From: Longimicrobiales bacterium
GTDB taxonomy: Bacteria; Gemmatimonadota; Gemmatimonadetes; Longimicrobiales; Gaopeijiaceae
DNA: 64,000 nucleotides
Reading direction: 5' to 3'
NCBI GenBank assembly: GCA_965238005.1
Contig: OZ250165.1
Span: forward strand, 4,544,001-4,608,000
The translations under genes were made by a program, and so were the position numbers. Under the pieces are notes generated by a model. It saw nothing but the letters and a program-made list of their open reading frames with translations. It did not search any database and had not been told where the DNA came from. Positions 19,199 through 29,533 of this stretch are shown one piece after another (the stretch's first letter is position 1; every line of letters starts with the position of its first letter).

Positions 19199-19606
19199 TC
19201 AACTTCGCCGACTGAGTGCGTGAGGTGCCCGCCCGGAAAGCCACTCGTCGATGTGATCGGCGTTGATGCGTCGGCATAGGATGCCGTGATACCCGGGGCT
19301 CCGCATCTCCACGCCGATGAGTCCCAGCGTCAGAGGGGTCAAAATGGCCATGATCCGCCACCAATCGATGTCTCCCGTGAAGATCCAGCCGACCAACAGC
19401 ACCAGGAAGGCCCCCGTCCAAGTCAACTCGAAGGCCCGTCTAATGCGGAAGACGTTGCAGAAGAGGAAGAAGTGGACGGGGACGACGATGAAGACTCCCA
19501 CCATGGGGCCGAGGAGATCTTTGAGGAGCCAGCCGGCGATGGCTAGCCCCACGATGAAGACGCCATCGGTCGCAGAGAAGTAGAACCCGCATGTGCGCGC
19601 CTTCAT
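19199..19606 (-). CDS. Hypothetical membrane protein
   Basis: About four hydrophobic helices; HFFLFCNVFR and PGYHG motifs. Confidence 0.7.
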   Translation of the reverse strand: MKARTCGFYFSATDGVFIVGLAIAGWLLKDLLGPMVGVFIVVPVHFFLFCNVFRIRRAFELTWTGAFLVLLVGWIFTGDIDWWRIMAILTPLTLGLIGVEMRSPGYHGILCRRINADHIDEWLSGRAPHALSRRS

Positions 19607-19617
19607 GAGTGTTGTCG

Positions 19618-20520
19618 CTAGACGTTGAAGTCGGCTCGAAGGACAGCCCCGTCCGGTGCCACCAACACCCGAAGTTCGCCGAACCGTCCGCCGAAGTTCC
19701 GCGTGCGCAGGTCCTTACAGAGAACCTCCGTCCCGTCCGGCCCTGCCGTCGCCTCGACGACATGATAGGCGGCTGACAGGCTCCGCATCAGTCGGTATTC
19801 GGGTAGCTCCTCCAAGACGAGGGACCAGGCGTCGTCGAGAACCTCATGCCTACGCTCCTCCGTGAGCTCGCCCGAGCGGGCATCCAGCTTGAAGAGTCGC
19901 ACCATGGCTCCCTCTTCGGCCGTGCCGAGGAATTTCCAAGGGAGGAGAGCGCTGGGAACCAGCGCGACAGTTCCGGCCGGGGCGAGCCGACCGGCGCGGC
20001 CGCGCATCAGGGCCTTTGCCAGCCAGTAGATGGCGAGGATGGTCGCGTAGGCCATGGGCAACGGCCAGGTCACGTCATGGCCTCGATACCACATCAAGCC
20101 GACGTATCCGGCTACGGGGATCGAGACGGCGAGTACGAACGCGTCGATGAAGAAGACCCAGTCCAAGGACGAGCGGCGGTGAGAGAATGGGGCCAGCACG
20201 GTGATCCCGTACGTATTCGTCACGTCCATGTAACTGTGAAGGAGCATGGCCAGCACGAGAGCGAGGGGCGCGTAGGGTGCTCGAACGTCGGTAGCGGCGA
20301 GGGCGGCTCCGGCTGCGATGCCAATGGCGACAATAACCGGCGTCGAGTGGGTGTACGTTTGATGTGCCTGGAGGAAGGCGCGTTTGCCAAAGAGTCGGCT
20401 CGTGGCGTCGAGGTCGGGCAGCACGGACCCCAGCATGAACGCGGCGGCGGCCTCCGGATGAGTGGGTGCTACCGGGCTCGCCAGCACCAATCCAATCATC
20501 GCGTGCGTTACTACGTCCAT
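19618..20520 (-). CDS. Membrane-bound metal-dependent hydrolase (YdjM family)
   Basis: MDVVTH, LPDLD, HQTYTHS, LHSYMD..NTYG. Confidence 0.85.
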   Translation of the reverse strand: MDVVTHAMIGLVLASPVAPTHPEAAAAFMLGSVLPDLDATSRLFGKRAFLQAHQTYTHSTPVIVAIGIAAGAALAATDVRAPYAPLALVLAMLLHSYMDVTNTYGITVLAPFSHRRSSLDWVFFIDAFVLAVSIPVAGYVGLMWYRGHDVTWPLPMAYATILAIYWLAKALMRGRAGRLAPAGTVALVPSALLPWKFLGTAEEGAMVRLFKLDARSGELTEERRHEVLDDAWSLVLEELPEYRLMRSLSAAYHVVEATAGPDGTEVLCKDLRTRNFGGRFGELRVLVAPDGAVLRADFNV

Positions 20521-20566
20521 GCCGCCTCAGCGTTCAGTGCCACAAACCTCTAGACCGCCGGCTTGC

Positions 20567-22015
20567 CTACCGGCTATCCGACACGGTCTGGATCGCCTTC
20601 AGCACTTCTCTCGTCAGATCCCAGCGGTTGAAACCCTGCCGCCCAAAGTCCAAACCGCGGCGTACGATGACGAGGTCGTGGGAGGGCACCACGACGACGT
20701 ACTGACCCCGGTTGCCGGATGTCGAGTAGGCGGTCTTCGGCACGTCGGTACGGTTGTCGGGCACGAGCCACCACTGGCCGCCGTACTGGTTGCCGCGCTC
20801 CGCGGTGGCGGGAGCCGGGGTGCGAGTGAAGTCGATCCACTCCTCCGAGAGAAGCCGCTCGCCGTTCCAGACGCCGTTCTGTAGGTAGAGCATGCCGAAG
20901 CGGGCGAGGTCGCGCGCGTTCGTGTAGACCTGGCTGCTCAGGATGAAATCTCCGAAGCGATCCACGCTCACGAGCGTATTGCGCATGCCGACGCGATCGA
21001 GCAGAGCGCGGCGCGGGTACTCCAGGTACGCCTGGTCGTTGCCGATGGCCAGCTTCATGGCATAGACGCCCAGCAGCGTGTCGTAGTTCTCGTAGTTCCA
21101 GTAAGTGCCCGGCTCCCGGAAGAGCGCACGGCTCCGCGCGCCCCGGATCGAGCTCGCGCCGGCCCAGTAGGCCAAGCCTGAGCCGGTAGCATACTCGAGG
21201 CCGAAGTCGTCCACCGGGTACAGACCGCTCGACATGTTCAAGACGTGCCGGAGCGTGATGGCCGTCCGGGGATCGGTCTCGGGAGATTGGGCCCTCGGGA
21301 GCCACTCGAATCCGAGAGGCTCGTCCAGCGCCATACGCCCCTCGTCGACCAGCATCCCCATCAGCGTGACGGCGATGCTCTTGGCCGTGGACCACGTTCG
21401 GGTCCTGGTCGCGACGTCGACGCCGGGGGCGTAGCGCTCATGGATGATCCGGCCGCGGTGGACCACGAGGAGGCTGAGAGTGACCTGCTCCGGGGACTCG
21501 CGGTCGAAGGCCCAGTCTGATGCCCTCTGCAGGGCGGGAGTATCCACGCCGGGCGGAAGAGAGTGGCCGTCGATCAGGTCACCGTCGGGCCACGCCATGG
21601 TTGCCGGGTCGCCCTTCGGCGGCGGCATATCGAGCGTCGGCAAGCTCTCGATATCCTCGAAGGTCTGATCCGGCGCCATGATGACGCAGCCGATCCCTTC
21701 GCGGAACGCCGCTCGCATGGGCGGAGTCCCTCCCGGCGCCCCGATGGCCACAGCCCGGCGCTCCCGATCGACGACGTAGTCCCCGCCGCGTGGCGTTCCG
21801 ACCGGCTGTCGCAGATAGGCCAGCTCCTGATCGAAAACCTGCTCGAGGGTCCGGTTGGACGTGAACAGGCCGTTGCAGATCAAGATGGCCTGTTGGCCAT
21901 GCCGGATCATGTCCCGGTTGAATCGCCAATAGTCGTACGATTCCTCCTGCAGGGCGCTGGCGTAGGTTGGGAGAAGGAGCGCGAGAGCGACGGTTGGGAT
22001 TAGACGACGACTCAT
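20567..22015 (-). CDS. Secreted serine hydrolase, beta-lactamase-related family
   Basis: Signal peptide after GAAGGGAG SD; STAK (SxxK), LRHVLNMSSG, PG..WNYEN, GNRGQ. Confidence 0.9.
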   Translation of the reverse strand: MSRRLIPTVALALLLPTYASALQEESYDYWRFNRDMIRHGQQAILICNGLFTSNRTLEQVFDQELAYLRQPVGTPRGGDYVVDRERRAVAIGAPGGTPPMRAAFREGIGCVIMAPDQTFEDIESLPTLDMPPPKGDPATMAWPDGDLIDGHSLPPGVDTPALQRASDWAFDRESPEQVTLSLLVVHRGRIIHERYAPGVDVATRTRTWSTAKSIAVTLMGMLVDEGRMALDEPLGFEWLPRAQSPETDPRTAITLRHVLNMSSGLYPVDDFGLEYATGSGLAYWAGASSIRGARSRALFREPGTYWNYENYDTLLGVYAMKLAIGNDQAYLEYPRRALLDRVGMRNTLVSVDRFGDFILSSQVYTNARDLARFGMLYLQNGVWNGERLLSEEWIDFTRTPAPATAERGNQYGGQWWLVPDNRTDVPKTAYSTSGNRGQYVVVVPSHDLVIVRRGLDFGRQGFNRWDLTREVLKAIQTVSDSR

Positions 22016-22200
22016 GGGTAACTCCCTTCGAACGGTCACGAAGCGTGACCACCGCTGTTGCATCCGGATCGGATTGATGATACGAACTTCCACTTGGGAC
22101 GCGCGAGTCGAAGGGCTCGCCTTTGAGCTGGTCTGTCGCAACCGGGCCGGGAGCACGCGGTGGCGAACTTCATGAGAGGGCTGCGTGGCGTGACGCGTGG

Positions 22201-22545
22201 ATGATCCTTGCACTTGCCATGGTCGTCCTCTGGTACACCGCCAGCAGTGGACGCGGCTACGTGCTACGGGTCGACTTCACCTTCCTGCCGGAGGCCATTG
22301 GAGCGGAGGTCGTGGTCGACGGTGAGGTCGTCGATACCCTGAAGATACTGCGGCGACAGCTCATCAACGGAATTCGAGTCTCGAACGGCGAGCACGTGGT
22401 GGTGATTCGGTCCGAGGACTGTGGCGGTCGTCCCCTGACCGTGGTCCCCGGCCCACGGGAGAAGGCCGTCTCGGTCTTCGTACACCTCAACGAGCAGACC
22501 GTGGAGAATCGGTTCGTCTGCAGGTTTGCGATGAGGAGGAGGTGA
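22201..22545 (+). CDS. Hypothetical membrane-anchored protein, PEGA-like beta domain (start uncertain)
   Basis: N-terminal hydrophobic helix; GAEVVVDG..GEHVVVIR. Confidence 0.5.
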   Translation: MILALAMVVLWYTASSGRGYVLRVDFTFLPEAIGAEVVVDGEVVDTLKILRRQLINGIRVSNGEHVVVIRSEDCGGRPLTVVPGPREKAVSVFVHLNEQTVENRFVCRFAMRRR

Positions 22546-22639
22546 AGGGCGAGCGGTGACCGTCGGCCCGTCGAGTCAGACGGCGGGGAAGGGCGGCCTG
22601 CGTGCGGTGGCGAGGCTCGACAGCGAGGGCCGCTGCGAG

Positions 22640-22900
22640 TCAGGCCTCCGCTTCGTTGCGGGACCGGTAGAAGCGCCTGACCAGGTAGACCCCTACGCCT
22701 AGGGCGAGCAGGGCCAGTGAGATCTTGAGGCCGAGGACGAGCATTCCGAGGAGCCACGCCACTACGGGCTCCATGATGATCTTGAGGATCTCCAACAAGA
22801 TCAGACCCAAGAGGCCGGTAAGCGCCACCGGCGCAAGCGCCCTCATCCGTTCATCCTCCAGCTGTACACGATCGGTCCACTCTGGACGGGAGTCGTCCAT
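22640..22900 (-). CDS. Small hypothetical membrane protein
   Basis: Two hydrophobic helices; alternative ATG preceded by GGAGG. Confidence 0.55.
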   Translation of the reverse strand: MDDSRPEWTDRVQLEDERMRALAPVALTGLLGLILLEILKIIMEPVVAWLLGMLVLGLKISLALLALGVGVYLVRRFYRSRNEAEA

Positions 22901-23071
22901 GACGTGTCGGGCCCTACGGATAATCTAAAGTACCGGTTTCAGATCGTGCGAGTCGGCGCAGCGTTCCGCTTGACGACGACGCCGGCGGCAGGCCTGCGCT
23001 CTGCTCGACTCCGGACACGCTCGTCTCGCCGGCCGGGTTCGACCCTTGGCAAGATGCTGGCCCCCATGCCC

Positions 23072-25393
23072 CTAGAGCCGATACGTGTAGTTCAGCTTCA
23101 CGCTCGCGCCCCGGGAGAGTGTCAGGAACTCCCGGTCCTCGTCGAACAGCCCGTCACCCAGGCTCTGCCAGTTCTGCGTGAACACGAGGAAGAGCTCATT
23201 CCCGGGCGCGAGGATCCACCGCGTCCGCATGAAGAGCCCCACGACTTCGGTGACGTCGTCGTATTGGATGTTGCCCGTTACGGACGCAAGGGGAGTGATG
23301 TTCCACTCGCCGGCTACCCGGAAGAGGTTCGCGTCGAATGATCCCTGGGGTAGATCCACGTTGTTGTTCTCGACGTCGACCGAGAGGAGGATCCCGGGCG
23401 ACGGTCGGAGGTCCAGGCCGATCTCCAACTGGGTCCGGTCTCCGCTCCAAAAGCCGCCTCGGCGGACCTCGACCCTCCCGGAGACGACTCGGTGGCTCGC
23501 CGCTCGAGCCATGAACGTCCACTCCCAGTTCGTGTAGTTGCCCTCTTCGACGAAGATTCCATCGCTGATCTCGAACTCGTTGTCGAGGTACTCGAACTGG
23601 CGCTGGAGGTCGATGTCGAAGTTGTCTTGGCTCTCGAGATCGACGCCGAAGATCTTGAAGCGCCACTGCCGCTCTTCGGCGATGCCGGTGTCGATGTCCT
23701 CCAGGTGCCGGAACTGCACCGAGAAGTCGAATCTGCGGATCCAGTCGATGTTGGGCCTCGGCCGCCAACCGATCCTGGGCTCGACGCGGCGGAAGCCGTT
23801 CCGGGTGACGAACCCCACGGCGGGGCTGTAGTCGTCTCCGAACTCACGGTAGGAGAGGTGTGCCGACCAGACGTCGTTCGGGTAACTCATCCGGATGCCG
23901 CGGGCGGAGAGATCCGACAGCGAGCGCTCGACGTCCCGATCCGGGTTGGAGTTCCAGACGGTAAACGCCTGAAGGGTCAAGTTCTTGTCGCCGAAGAGCC
24001 GAGACGTGGTGTAGTAGAGGTCGGTCCCTACCGTGTGCCGGTCCTCGGGGGCCAGCGCCGTTGGATCGGTGGGGTCGGCCCCGGTGGAGCGACGCGTGTA
24101 AATGGCCCCGATGGTGGATTGCTCGAAGATGCCCCGCTTGACCCGGGCCACCGTGAACTGCTCCCCGGCGAAGGTGCCGCCGTCCACATCCGCAGACTCG
24201 AGCTCCGCTGTGTTCACGTGGATGAATCCGAGCTCGTATCTGCCGGCCTGGCCCCCGAGCCTGGCCGCGTAGTTGAGCGGGATCTGCTCGCCCTCGAGCA
24301 GTCCGATACGCCGGCTGAAGTAGGGCTCGGCCCCGTTGCTCGGCGCGAAGGTGAAGGCGCCCGATCCCTCGAGGAAGAAGTCGCGCCGCTCCGGGAAGCG
24401 GAGTGGAAAGCGAGTGAGGTTTAGGCGCCGCTGGTCCACCTCCGCTTCGGCGAAGTCCGTATTCACGCTCACGCCGGCCCTCAGGCTCGGCGTGATGTTG
24501 TAGTTGATGTCGAGACCGACGTCGCTCCGGTACGTGGTCGGGTCGGCCTCTTCCGGCACGTTCCTCCAGTTCGTCACCGCGTAGGGAACCGCCTCGAGTC
24601 CGATTCCCTGCGACATTCCCCGGAGGCTGGTGAGCCGGCCGGCGTGTACGGGTTGGCGGAGGCTTTGGTTGCGCCGATACCCTCGCCAGAGGATCTCCTC
24701 GTTCTTGCGGCGGATCGTGCGCTGGAAGTTGATTCCCCAGGTGTCCGAGGCCGGGTCGAAGTTCAGCGTGCGGAAGGGGATCTGGATCTCCAACGACCAG
24801 CCGTCGGGTCGAATGAACGTCTTGACCTGCCAGATTCCGTCCCACGCCCGGCTGGATCCGCCGCCCCCCCCACCGGAGCCCCCGCCCCCGCCCCCGCGAC
24901 CGCCGCTCCCCCCGGCGATCAGGGCATCGCCCATCACCCCTGTGGCATTGGTCTCGAAGAAGTAGCCGGTGCGACCGTCCCGGAAGGTGTCCAGAATCCA
25001 CATGAAACGGTCGTCGGTGCTCAGAAAACCATCCCGTCGCTTCTGGAACGCCAGGATCCCCTCGGGATCGTCGTAGAGGATGGCTCCGATGTAGATCGCA
25101 TCCTCGTCGTAGACGACCCGGATTTCCGTCCGCTCCGACGGCGTCCCGCCCTCCACGGGCTCTTGCTGGGTGAAGTCGGTGATGGGGATGGCCCGCTCCC
25201 ACGCCTCCTCGTCGAGGCGCCCGTCCACGTCGATGTCGGCGCCGCTCTCGAGTCGAAGCGCGATGAGATCGACAGGCTCGACGTCGCTCACCCCGTGGAC
25301 GGGGTTTTGGGCCGAGAGGGGAACGCGGCCGCCGAGAAGCGCAACGGTGAGGAGTGTTCCTTGGGTCAGGGTTCGAACCAGGTTCGCGGCCAT
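23072..25393 (-). CDS. CBM9-like + DUF5916 putative outer-membrane protein
   Basis: VDGRLDEEAW, WSLEIQIPFRTL, VNTDFAEAEVD, FPERRDFFLEG, YFSRRIG, C-term LNYTYRL. Confidence 0.88.
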   Translation of the reverse strand: MAANLVRTLTQGTLLTVALLGGRVPLSAQNPVHGVSDVEPVDLIALRLESGADIDVDGRLDEEAWERAIPITDFTQQEPVEGGTPSERTEIRVVYDEDAIYIGAILYDDPEGILAFQKRRDGFLSTDDRFMWILDTFRDGRTGYFFETNATGVMGDALIAGGSGGRGGGGGGSGGGGGGSSRAWDGIWQVKTFIRPDGWSLEIQIPFRTLNFDPASDTWGINFQRTIRRKNEEILWRGYRRNQSLRQPVHAGRLTSLRGMSQGIGLEAVPYAVTNWRNVPEEADPTTYRSDVGLDINYNITPSLRAGVSVNTDFAEAEVDQRRLNLTRFPLRFPERRDFFLEGSGAFTFAPSNGAEPYFSRRIGLLEGEQIPLNYAARLGGQAGRYELGFIHVNTAELESADVDGGTFAGEQFTVARVKRGIFEQSTIGAIYTRRSTGADPTDPTALAPEDRHTVGTDLYYTTSRLFGDKNLTLQAFTVWNSNPDRDVERSLSDLSARGIRMSYPNDVWSAHLSYREFGDDYSPAVGFVTRNGFRRVEPRIGWRPRPNIDWIRRFDFSVQFRHLEDIDTGIAEERQWRFKIFGVDLESQDNFDIDLQRQFEYLDNEFEISDGIFVEEGNYTNWEWTFMARAASHRVVSGRVEVRRGGFWSGDRTQLEIGLDLRPSPGILLSVDVENNNVDLPQGSFDANLFRVAGEWNITPLASVTGNIQYDDVTEVVGLFMRTRWILAPGNELFLVFTQNWQSLGDGLFDEDREFLTLSRGASVKLNYTYRL

Positions 25394-25403
25394 GCAGATC
25401 AAC

Positions 25404-25449
25404 TCATGTCGGGAAACGGGGGCCTGTCATGTTGGGAAACAGGGGCCTG
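25404..25449 (+). repeat. 23-bp tandem duplication
   Basis: tcatgtcgggaaacgggggcctg / tcatgttgggaaacaggggcctg, 21/23 identical. Confidence 0.85.
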
Positions 25450-25663
25450 CTCGACGGACAGCGACGGGGACGTGCATACAGTCGCTTGAAGGACACGTTC
25501 CGCTCGCTGGGTGTTGAGAGGGATGTGGGGCCCGACCCGCGGAGAGGCGATGGGGTGCCAGCAGTAGGGCTGTCGCGGACGACCGTGGGTCCCTTGTGCC
25601 CGATATGCCCGTCGCCGCACCTTGCGAGCACCACCGCTCTTCCTCCAGTAGCAGGACCTCGCC

Positions 25664-25900
25664 ATGGTCACCTTCACGCTCAACGGGCGGCCCCGGGAGG
25701 TCGACGTCCCTGAAGATACCCCACTCCTGTGGGTTCTCCGGGACACCATCAAGCTCACCGGCACCAAGTTCGGATTTGGGATGGGCCTGTGTGGGGCCTG
25801 CACGGTCCATGTGAACGACACCCCGGCCCGCTCGTGCATGACGGCCATCGGCACGGTCGCAGGAGCCGAGGTGACGACCATCGAGGGACTCTCTCCCAGC
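25664..25900 (+). pseudogene. [2Fe-2S] small subunit (IorA-like), 3'-truncated
   Basis: TPLLWVLRD..TGTKFGFGMGLCGACTVH..TTIEGL; first Cys replaced by Phe; second cluster domain absent. Confidence 0.85.
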
Positions 25901-25907
25901 GACAACG

Positions 25908-26039
25908 CCTCCCGAGGGACGAGCTCGGGGAATCTCTGTGGTGGAGTCCTTCGGCTCATATGTGGCCGAGGTGGCCGAGGTTTCCGTGGACGGGGACAAG
26001 CCCCGCGTCCACAAGCTCTGGTGTGCGATCGACTGCGGC
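25908..26039 (+). pseudogene. Molybdopterin subunit (IorB-like) internal fragment
   Basis: Different frame: [44 protein letters not shown]. Confidence 0.8.
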
Positions 26040-26203
26040 GCCCTCACCGGTCAGCGGATCAGGGAGCTGCCGATTCAGGTGGACTGAGGCGAGAAGGCGG
26101 GGGCTCCAGTCCACCTCGGCGAATACTCTGGCCTGTGGTGCACCGGCCTCCCCCTGATACCTTTGGCATCACCATCTCAAGCCCTGTACACGGTAGGACC
26201 CGA

Positions 26204-28462
26204 GTGAAGACCACCCGACTGAAGCTGGCCGCCCTCCTCGCCTTTTGCCCGTCTTCGCTTCTCGCTCAGCAAGAAGCCCCCGCCCCCGGGTCCATCGGGA
26301 GCATTCCGTCGCTTGAGCCAGGGATCGCGACGGCGTCACGGGTGACCGATCCCCCAACCATCGACGGCCGTCTCGATGATGCGGCGTGGCAGCAGGCCGC
26401 TCCCATGACGGATTTCACACAGCGCGAGCCAAGGGACGGACAGCCGGCGTCCGAGAGGACCGAAGTCCGGGTGGTATTCGACGACGAAGCCCTGTACGTC
26501 GGCGTTTGGGCGTTGGACCGACAGCCCGACGACATCGTCCCCGGGGAGCGGATTCGGGACTATCGAGTGGACGAGAGCGACAACGTCGTGCTGATCCTGG
26601 ACACATACAACGACGAGCAGAACGGATTCGTGTTCGGCACGACCCCTGCCGGCATCGAGTACGACGGCCAGGTCGCCAACGAGGGCCAGGGCGGGGGGCG
26701 CTTCCTAGGGGGTGGGTTCAACAACCGACGACGCTTCCAGTCGGGAGCGGGAGCCGGCTTCAACAAGAACTGGGACGGGAGCTGGACCGTGGCCACCTCC
26801 ATCGACGGGCGGGGGTGGTACGCCGAGTTCCGGATCCCCTTCAACACGCTGCGCTACGGAGCGCAGAACGACTCCTGGGGCTTCAACGTGTCCCGGCGGG
26901 TCCGACGGCTGAACGAGGAATCGTTCTGGTCGCCCGTGCCACGGGAGTTCAACCTCTACAGGCTCAACTACGCCGGCGATCTCGAGGGTCTCTCGCCCCC
27001 GTTCCGGCGCCTGGCCACCGTCACGCCGTACCTGTTGACCTCGACGGAGCGGAACTACGAGGCCGGCGAGACGTCCTTCGGAGAGGACGCCGAGTTCGGC
27101 GGCGAGGCGAAGCTGCAGATCACGCAGGGACTGACCTTCGACATGACGGTGAACACCGACTTCGCCCAGGTCGAGGTGGACGATCAGCAGGTCAACCTCA
27201 CCCGCTTCTCACTCCTCTTCCCCGAGAAGCGGCCGTTCTTCCTGGAGAACGCGGGCTTCTTCACCGTAGGCGCGGGCGGCGCCGACCTCTTCTTCAGCCG
27301 GCAGATCGGCATCGCCGACGGCGAGCGGGTGCCCATCGAGGGCGGGGGCCGGCTCTCTGGGAAAGCCGGGGGCTTCAACATCGGCCTCCTCCACATCCAG
27401 ACGGACGGGAAGGCGGGGGGGCCGGCGGGCAATGCCTACTCCGTCGCCCGGGTCGCCCGGGAGCTGCCCAACCGATCACGGGTGGGAGCATTGTTCGTAA
27501 ACAGGAGCGGCGAGGCATCCGGTGACTACAACCGGACCTTCTCGGCGGACGCACGGGTGGGCATCGGACAGGCCTTGACGCTCACATCCTTCGTGGCGGG
27601 GACCGAGACTCCCGGGCTCGCAGGCGACGAGCACGCGTTCGACGCCAGCGCCGGATGGAGCAGCCGGAGTTGGAGGGGCACCCTCACGGTCCGCGAGATC
27701 GGCGAGTCCTTCAACCCCGAGGTGGGCTTCCTGCCCCGGAGCGGCTACCGCTACTACCAGGGATACATCCAGCGCTTCGTCCGTCCTGATCGGGTCCTCC
27801 GGGAGATCCGCCCCCACGTTTCGTACTTCACGTACCGGAGCCGGAAGAGCGAGGTCGAGCACAACTTCGAGGAGTCCGGTCGCCTGCACATCGACACCCA
27901 CTGGGAGTGGCCGAGCGGAATGGAGTTCCACACGGGCGCCAACTGGGTGCGGGAGGGGCTCTACGAGCCATTCGAGATCGCCGGCACCGACGTGGTCGTC
28001 CCGACGGGTACCTACGACGGATGGGAGGCGGCCTTCGTGTTCAACACGAACCGTTCGGCCGACCTGTCGTTCGACGGCCGGCTCAACGTGGGGAGCTTCC
28101 TCTCCGGGGACCGCCTGAATAGCTCAGCTACGATCACGTTGCGGAGTGGAGCGGCCTTCAGCACCTCGCTCAGGCTGGTGTACAACGACGTCAATCTCCC
28201 CGAGGGCAACTTCGAGACCACCCTGGTGGGCGTGAACTTCGGGTACTTCTTCACCCCGCGGATCTATCTACAGTCCCTGATCCAGTACAGTGATCAGATT
28301 GATCGCCTGGTGGCGAACGTGCGCTTTGGATGGCTGAACACGGCGGGGACCGGCCTGTTCATCGTCTACAACGATATCCAGGGCGTCGACGCCCTCGACG
28401 GGCCCCTGGGTCGCTCGCTGATCGTGAAGTTCACGCGCCAGCTCAGCGTGCTCGGGGGGTAG
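26204..28462 (+). CDS. CBM9-like + DUF5916 putative outer-membrane protein (paralog)
   Basis: GTG start with signal peptide; IDGRLDDAAW, WYAEFRIPFNTL, VNTDFAQVEVD, FPEKRPFFLE. Confidence 0.88.
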   Translation: MKTTRLKLAALLAFCPSSLLAQQEAPAPGSIGSIPSLEPGIATASRVTDPPTIDGRLDDAAWQQAAPMTDFTQREPRDGQPASERTEVRVVFDDEALYVGVWALDRQPDDIVPGERIRDYRVDESDNVVLILDTYNDEQNGFVFGTTPAGIEYDGQVANEGQGGGRFLGGGFNNRRRFQSGAGAGFNKNWDGSWTVATSIDGRGWYAEFRIPFNTLRYGAQNDSWGFNVSRRVRRLNEESFWSPVPREFNLYRLNYAGDLEGLSPPFRRLATVTPYLLTSTERNYEAGETSFGEDAEFGGEAKLQITQGLTFDMTVNTDFAQVEVDDQQVNLTRFSLLFPEKRPFFLENAGFFTVGAGGADLFFSRQIGIADGERVPIEGGGRLSGKAGGFNIGLLHIQTDGKAGGPAGNAYSVARVARELPNRSRVGALFVNRSGEASGDYNRTFSADARVGIGQALTLTSFVAGTETPGLAGDEHAFDASAGWSSRSWRGTLTVREIGESFNPEVGFLPRSGYRYYQGYIQRFVRPDRVLREIRPHVSYFTYRSRKSEVEHNFEESGRLHIDTHWEWPSGMEFHTGANWVREGLYEPFEIAGTDVVVPTGTYDGWEAAFVFNTNRSADLSFDGRLNVGSFLSGDRLNSSATITLRSGAAFSTSLRLVYNDVNLPEGNFETTLVGVNFGYFFTPRIYLQSLIQYSDQIDRLVANVRFGWLNTAGTGLFIVYNDIQGVDALDGPLGRSLIVKFTRQLSVLGG

Positions 28463-28533
28463 GGGGCACCGGGTACCCGCTCGTCCGCCGACGGACCGAC
28501 TGGCCCCCACGCCAGGGCCGTGCAAAAGCCCAG

Positions 28534-29523
28534 CTAGGCGTCGCGCACGGCCCTCTTCACCAGATTCTCCATGAGCGGGATCTTGAAGTGGTTGTGGTTC
28601 AAGGGCTCCGCTCCGCGGACCGCCAAGGCACCGGCGAGCTCGGCCGTCTCCTCGTTCTTGACGCGTCCCGTGATGAGCGCCTCAACGTCCGTGAGCCGCC
28701 GCGGCGTGCACTGCACCCCGCCGCACGCGATGCGGGCGCCCTCGATACGGTCGCCCTCCACTCTCAGCGCTGCAGCGACGTTAACCAGGGCGAAGTCCCA
28801 GCTGCCACGATCGGCGACCTTCTCGAAGTAGAAGCTGGCGCCGGCCCACGTGTTGGGGATCCGGATCTGGGTCAAGAGATCATCCGGCTTGAGTGCGGTC
28901 ATCCGCGTGATGTCCACTGAGGGCTTCATGAAGAAGTCCTCGGCGGCCACGACTCGCTCGCCGCCCGAGTTCTGGATGACCATGGAGGCGTCCAGCGCCA
29001 CGAGCGCAGGTGCGGGGTCGGAGGGAGTCACCGCGACGCACCGGCTGGCGTCGAAGAGACAGTGTTCCCGGTTCACCCCCACCGGCGTGTTGGCGTAGCA
29101 GGTGTTGCCCCCGGCCCTGTAGCAGGAGAGCCCGTAGCGGTAGTACCAGCAGCGCGTGTCCTGGCAGAGGTTGCCGCCCAGCGTGCCGGAGTTCCGAATC
29201 TGCGGGCTCGCCACCACCCCCGCCGCCTCCGCGAGCAATCCATATTGCTCCTGGATGACGGGATGACGCTCGACGGCCGTGAGCGTCGTCATGGCTCCGA
29301 TCTCGATGCCGTCGGTGGCCTCCCGGATGCCCTCGAGCCCAGCGATTCCCGCCAAGTCGATGACGGCGGAAGGTTGCTTGCCCCGGTCCTTGAACCAGTC
29401 GAGGCTGTCTTGTCCGCCGGCGATCGTCCAGCAGTCTTCGCCGAAGCGATCGAGGAGGGCGAATGCGTTGTCCAGGTCCGCCGGCTGAAACAGCTCGAAG
29501 TGCGACATCATGTCCTTCAACAT
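28534..29523 (-). CDS. Xanthine dehydrogenase family FAD-binding subunit (PaoB/YagS-like)
   Basis: AGGQD, ASPQIRNSGTLGGN, CQDTRCWYYR..C..C, PSD.APAL, WDFALV. Confidence 0.9.
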   Translation of the reverse strand: MLKDMMSHFELFQPADLDNAFALLDRFGEDCWTIAGGQDSLDWFKDRGKQPSAVIDLAGIAGLEGIREATDGIEIGAMTTLTAVERHPVIQEQYGLLAEAAGVVASPQIRNSGTLGGNLCQDTRCWYYRYGLSCYRAGGNTCYANTPVGVNREHCLFDASRCVAVTPSDPAPALVALDASMVIQNSGGERVVAAEDFFMKPSVDITRMTALKPDDLLTQIRIPNTWAGASFYFEKVADRGSWDFALVNVAAALRVEGDRIEGARIACGGVQCTPRRLTDVEALITGRVKNEETAELAGALAVRGAEPLNHNHFKIPLMENLVKRAVRDA

Positions 29524-29533
29524 GGGCGGCTCC

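Noticed and set aside
24855..24915. G/C-rich low-complexity run
   Set aside because: Encodes an in-frame Gly-rich linker of the DUF5916 protein.
25664..28462. 932-aa ORF as a novel 2Fe-2S/DUF5916 fusion
   Set aside because: The Fe-S part is truncated and lacks a Cys, the linker encodes IorB in another frame, and the DUF5916 part has its own signal peptide at 26204.
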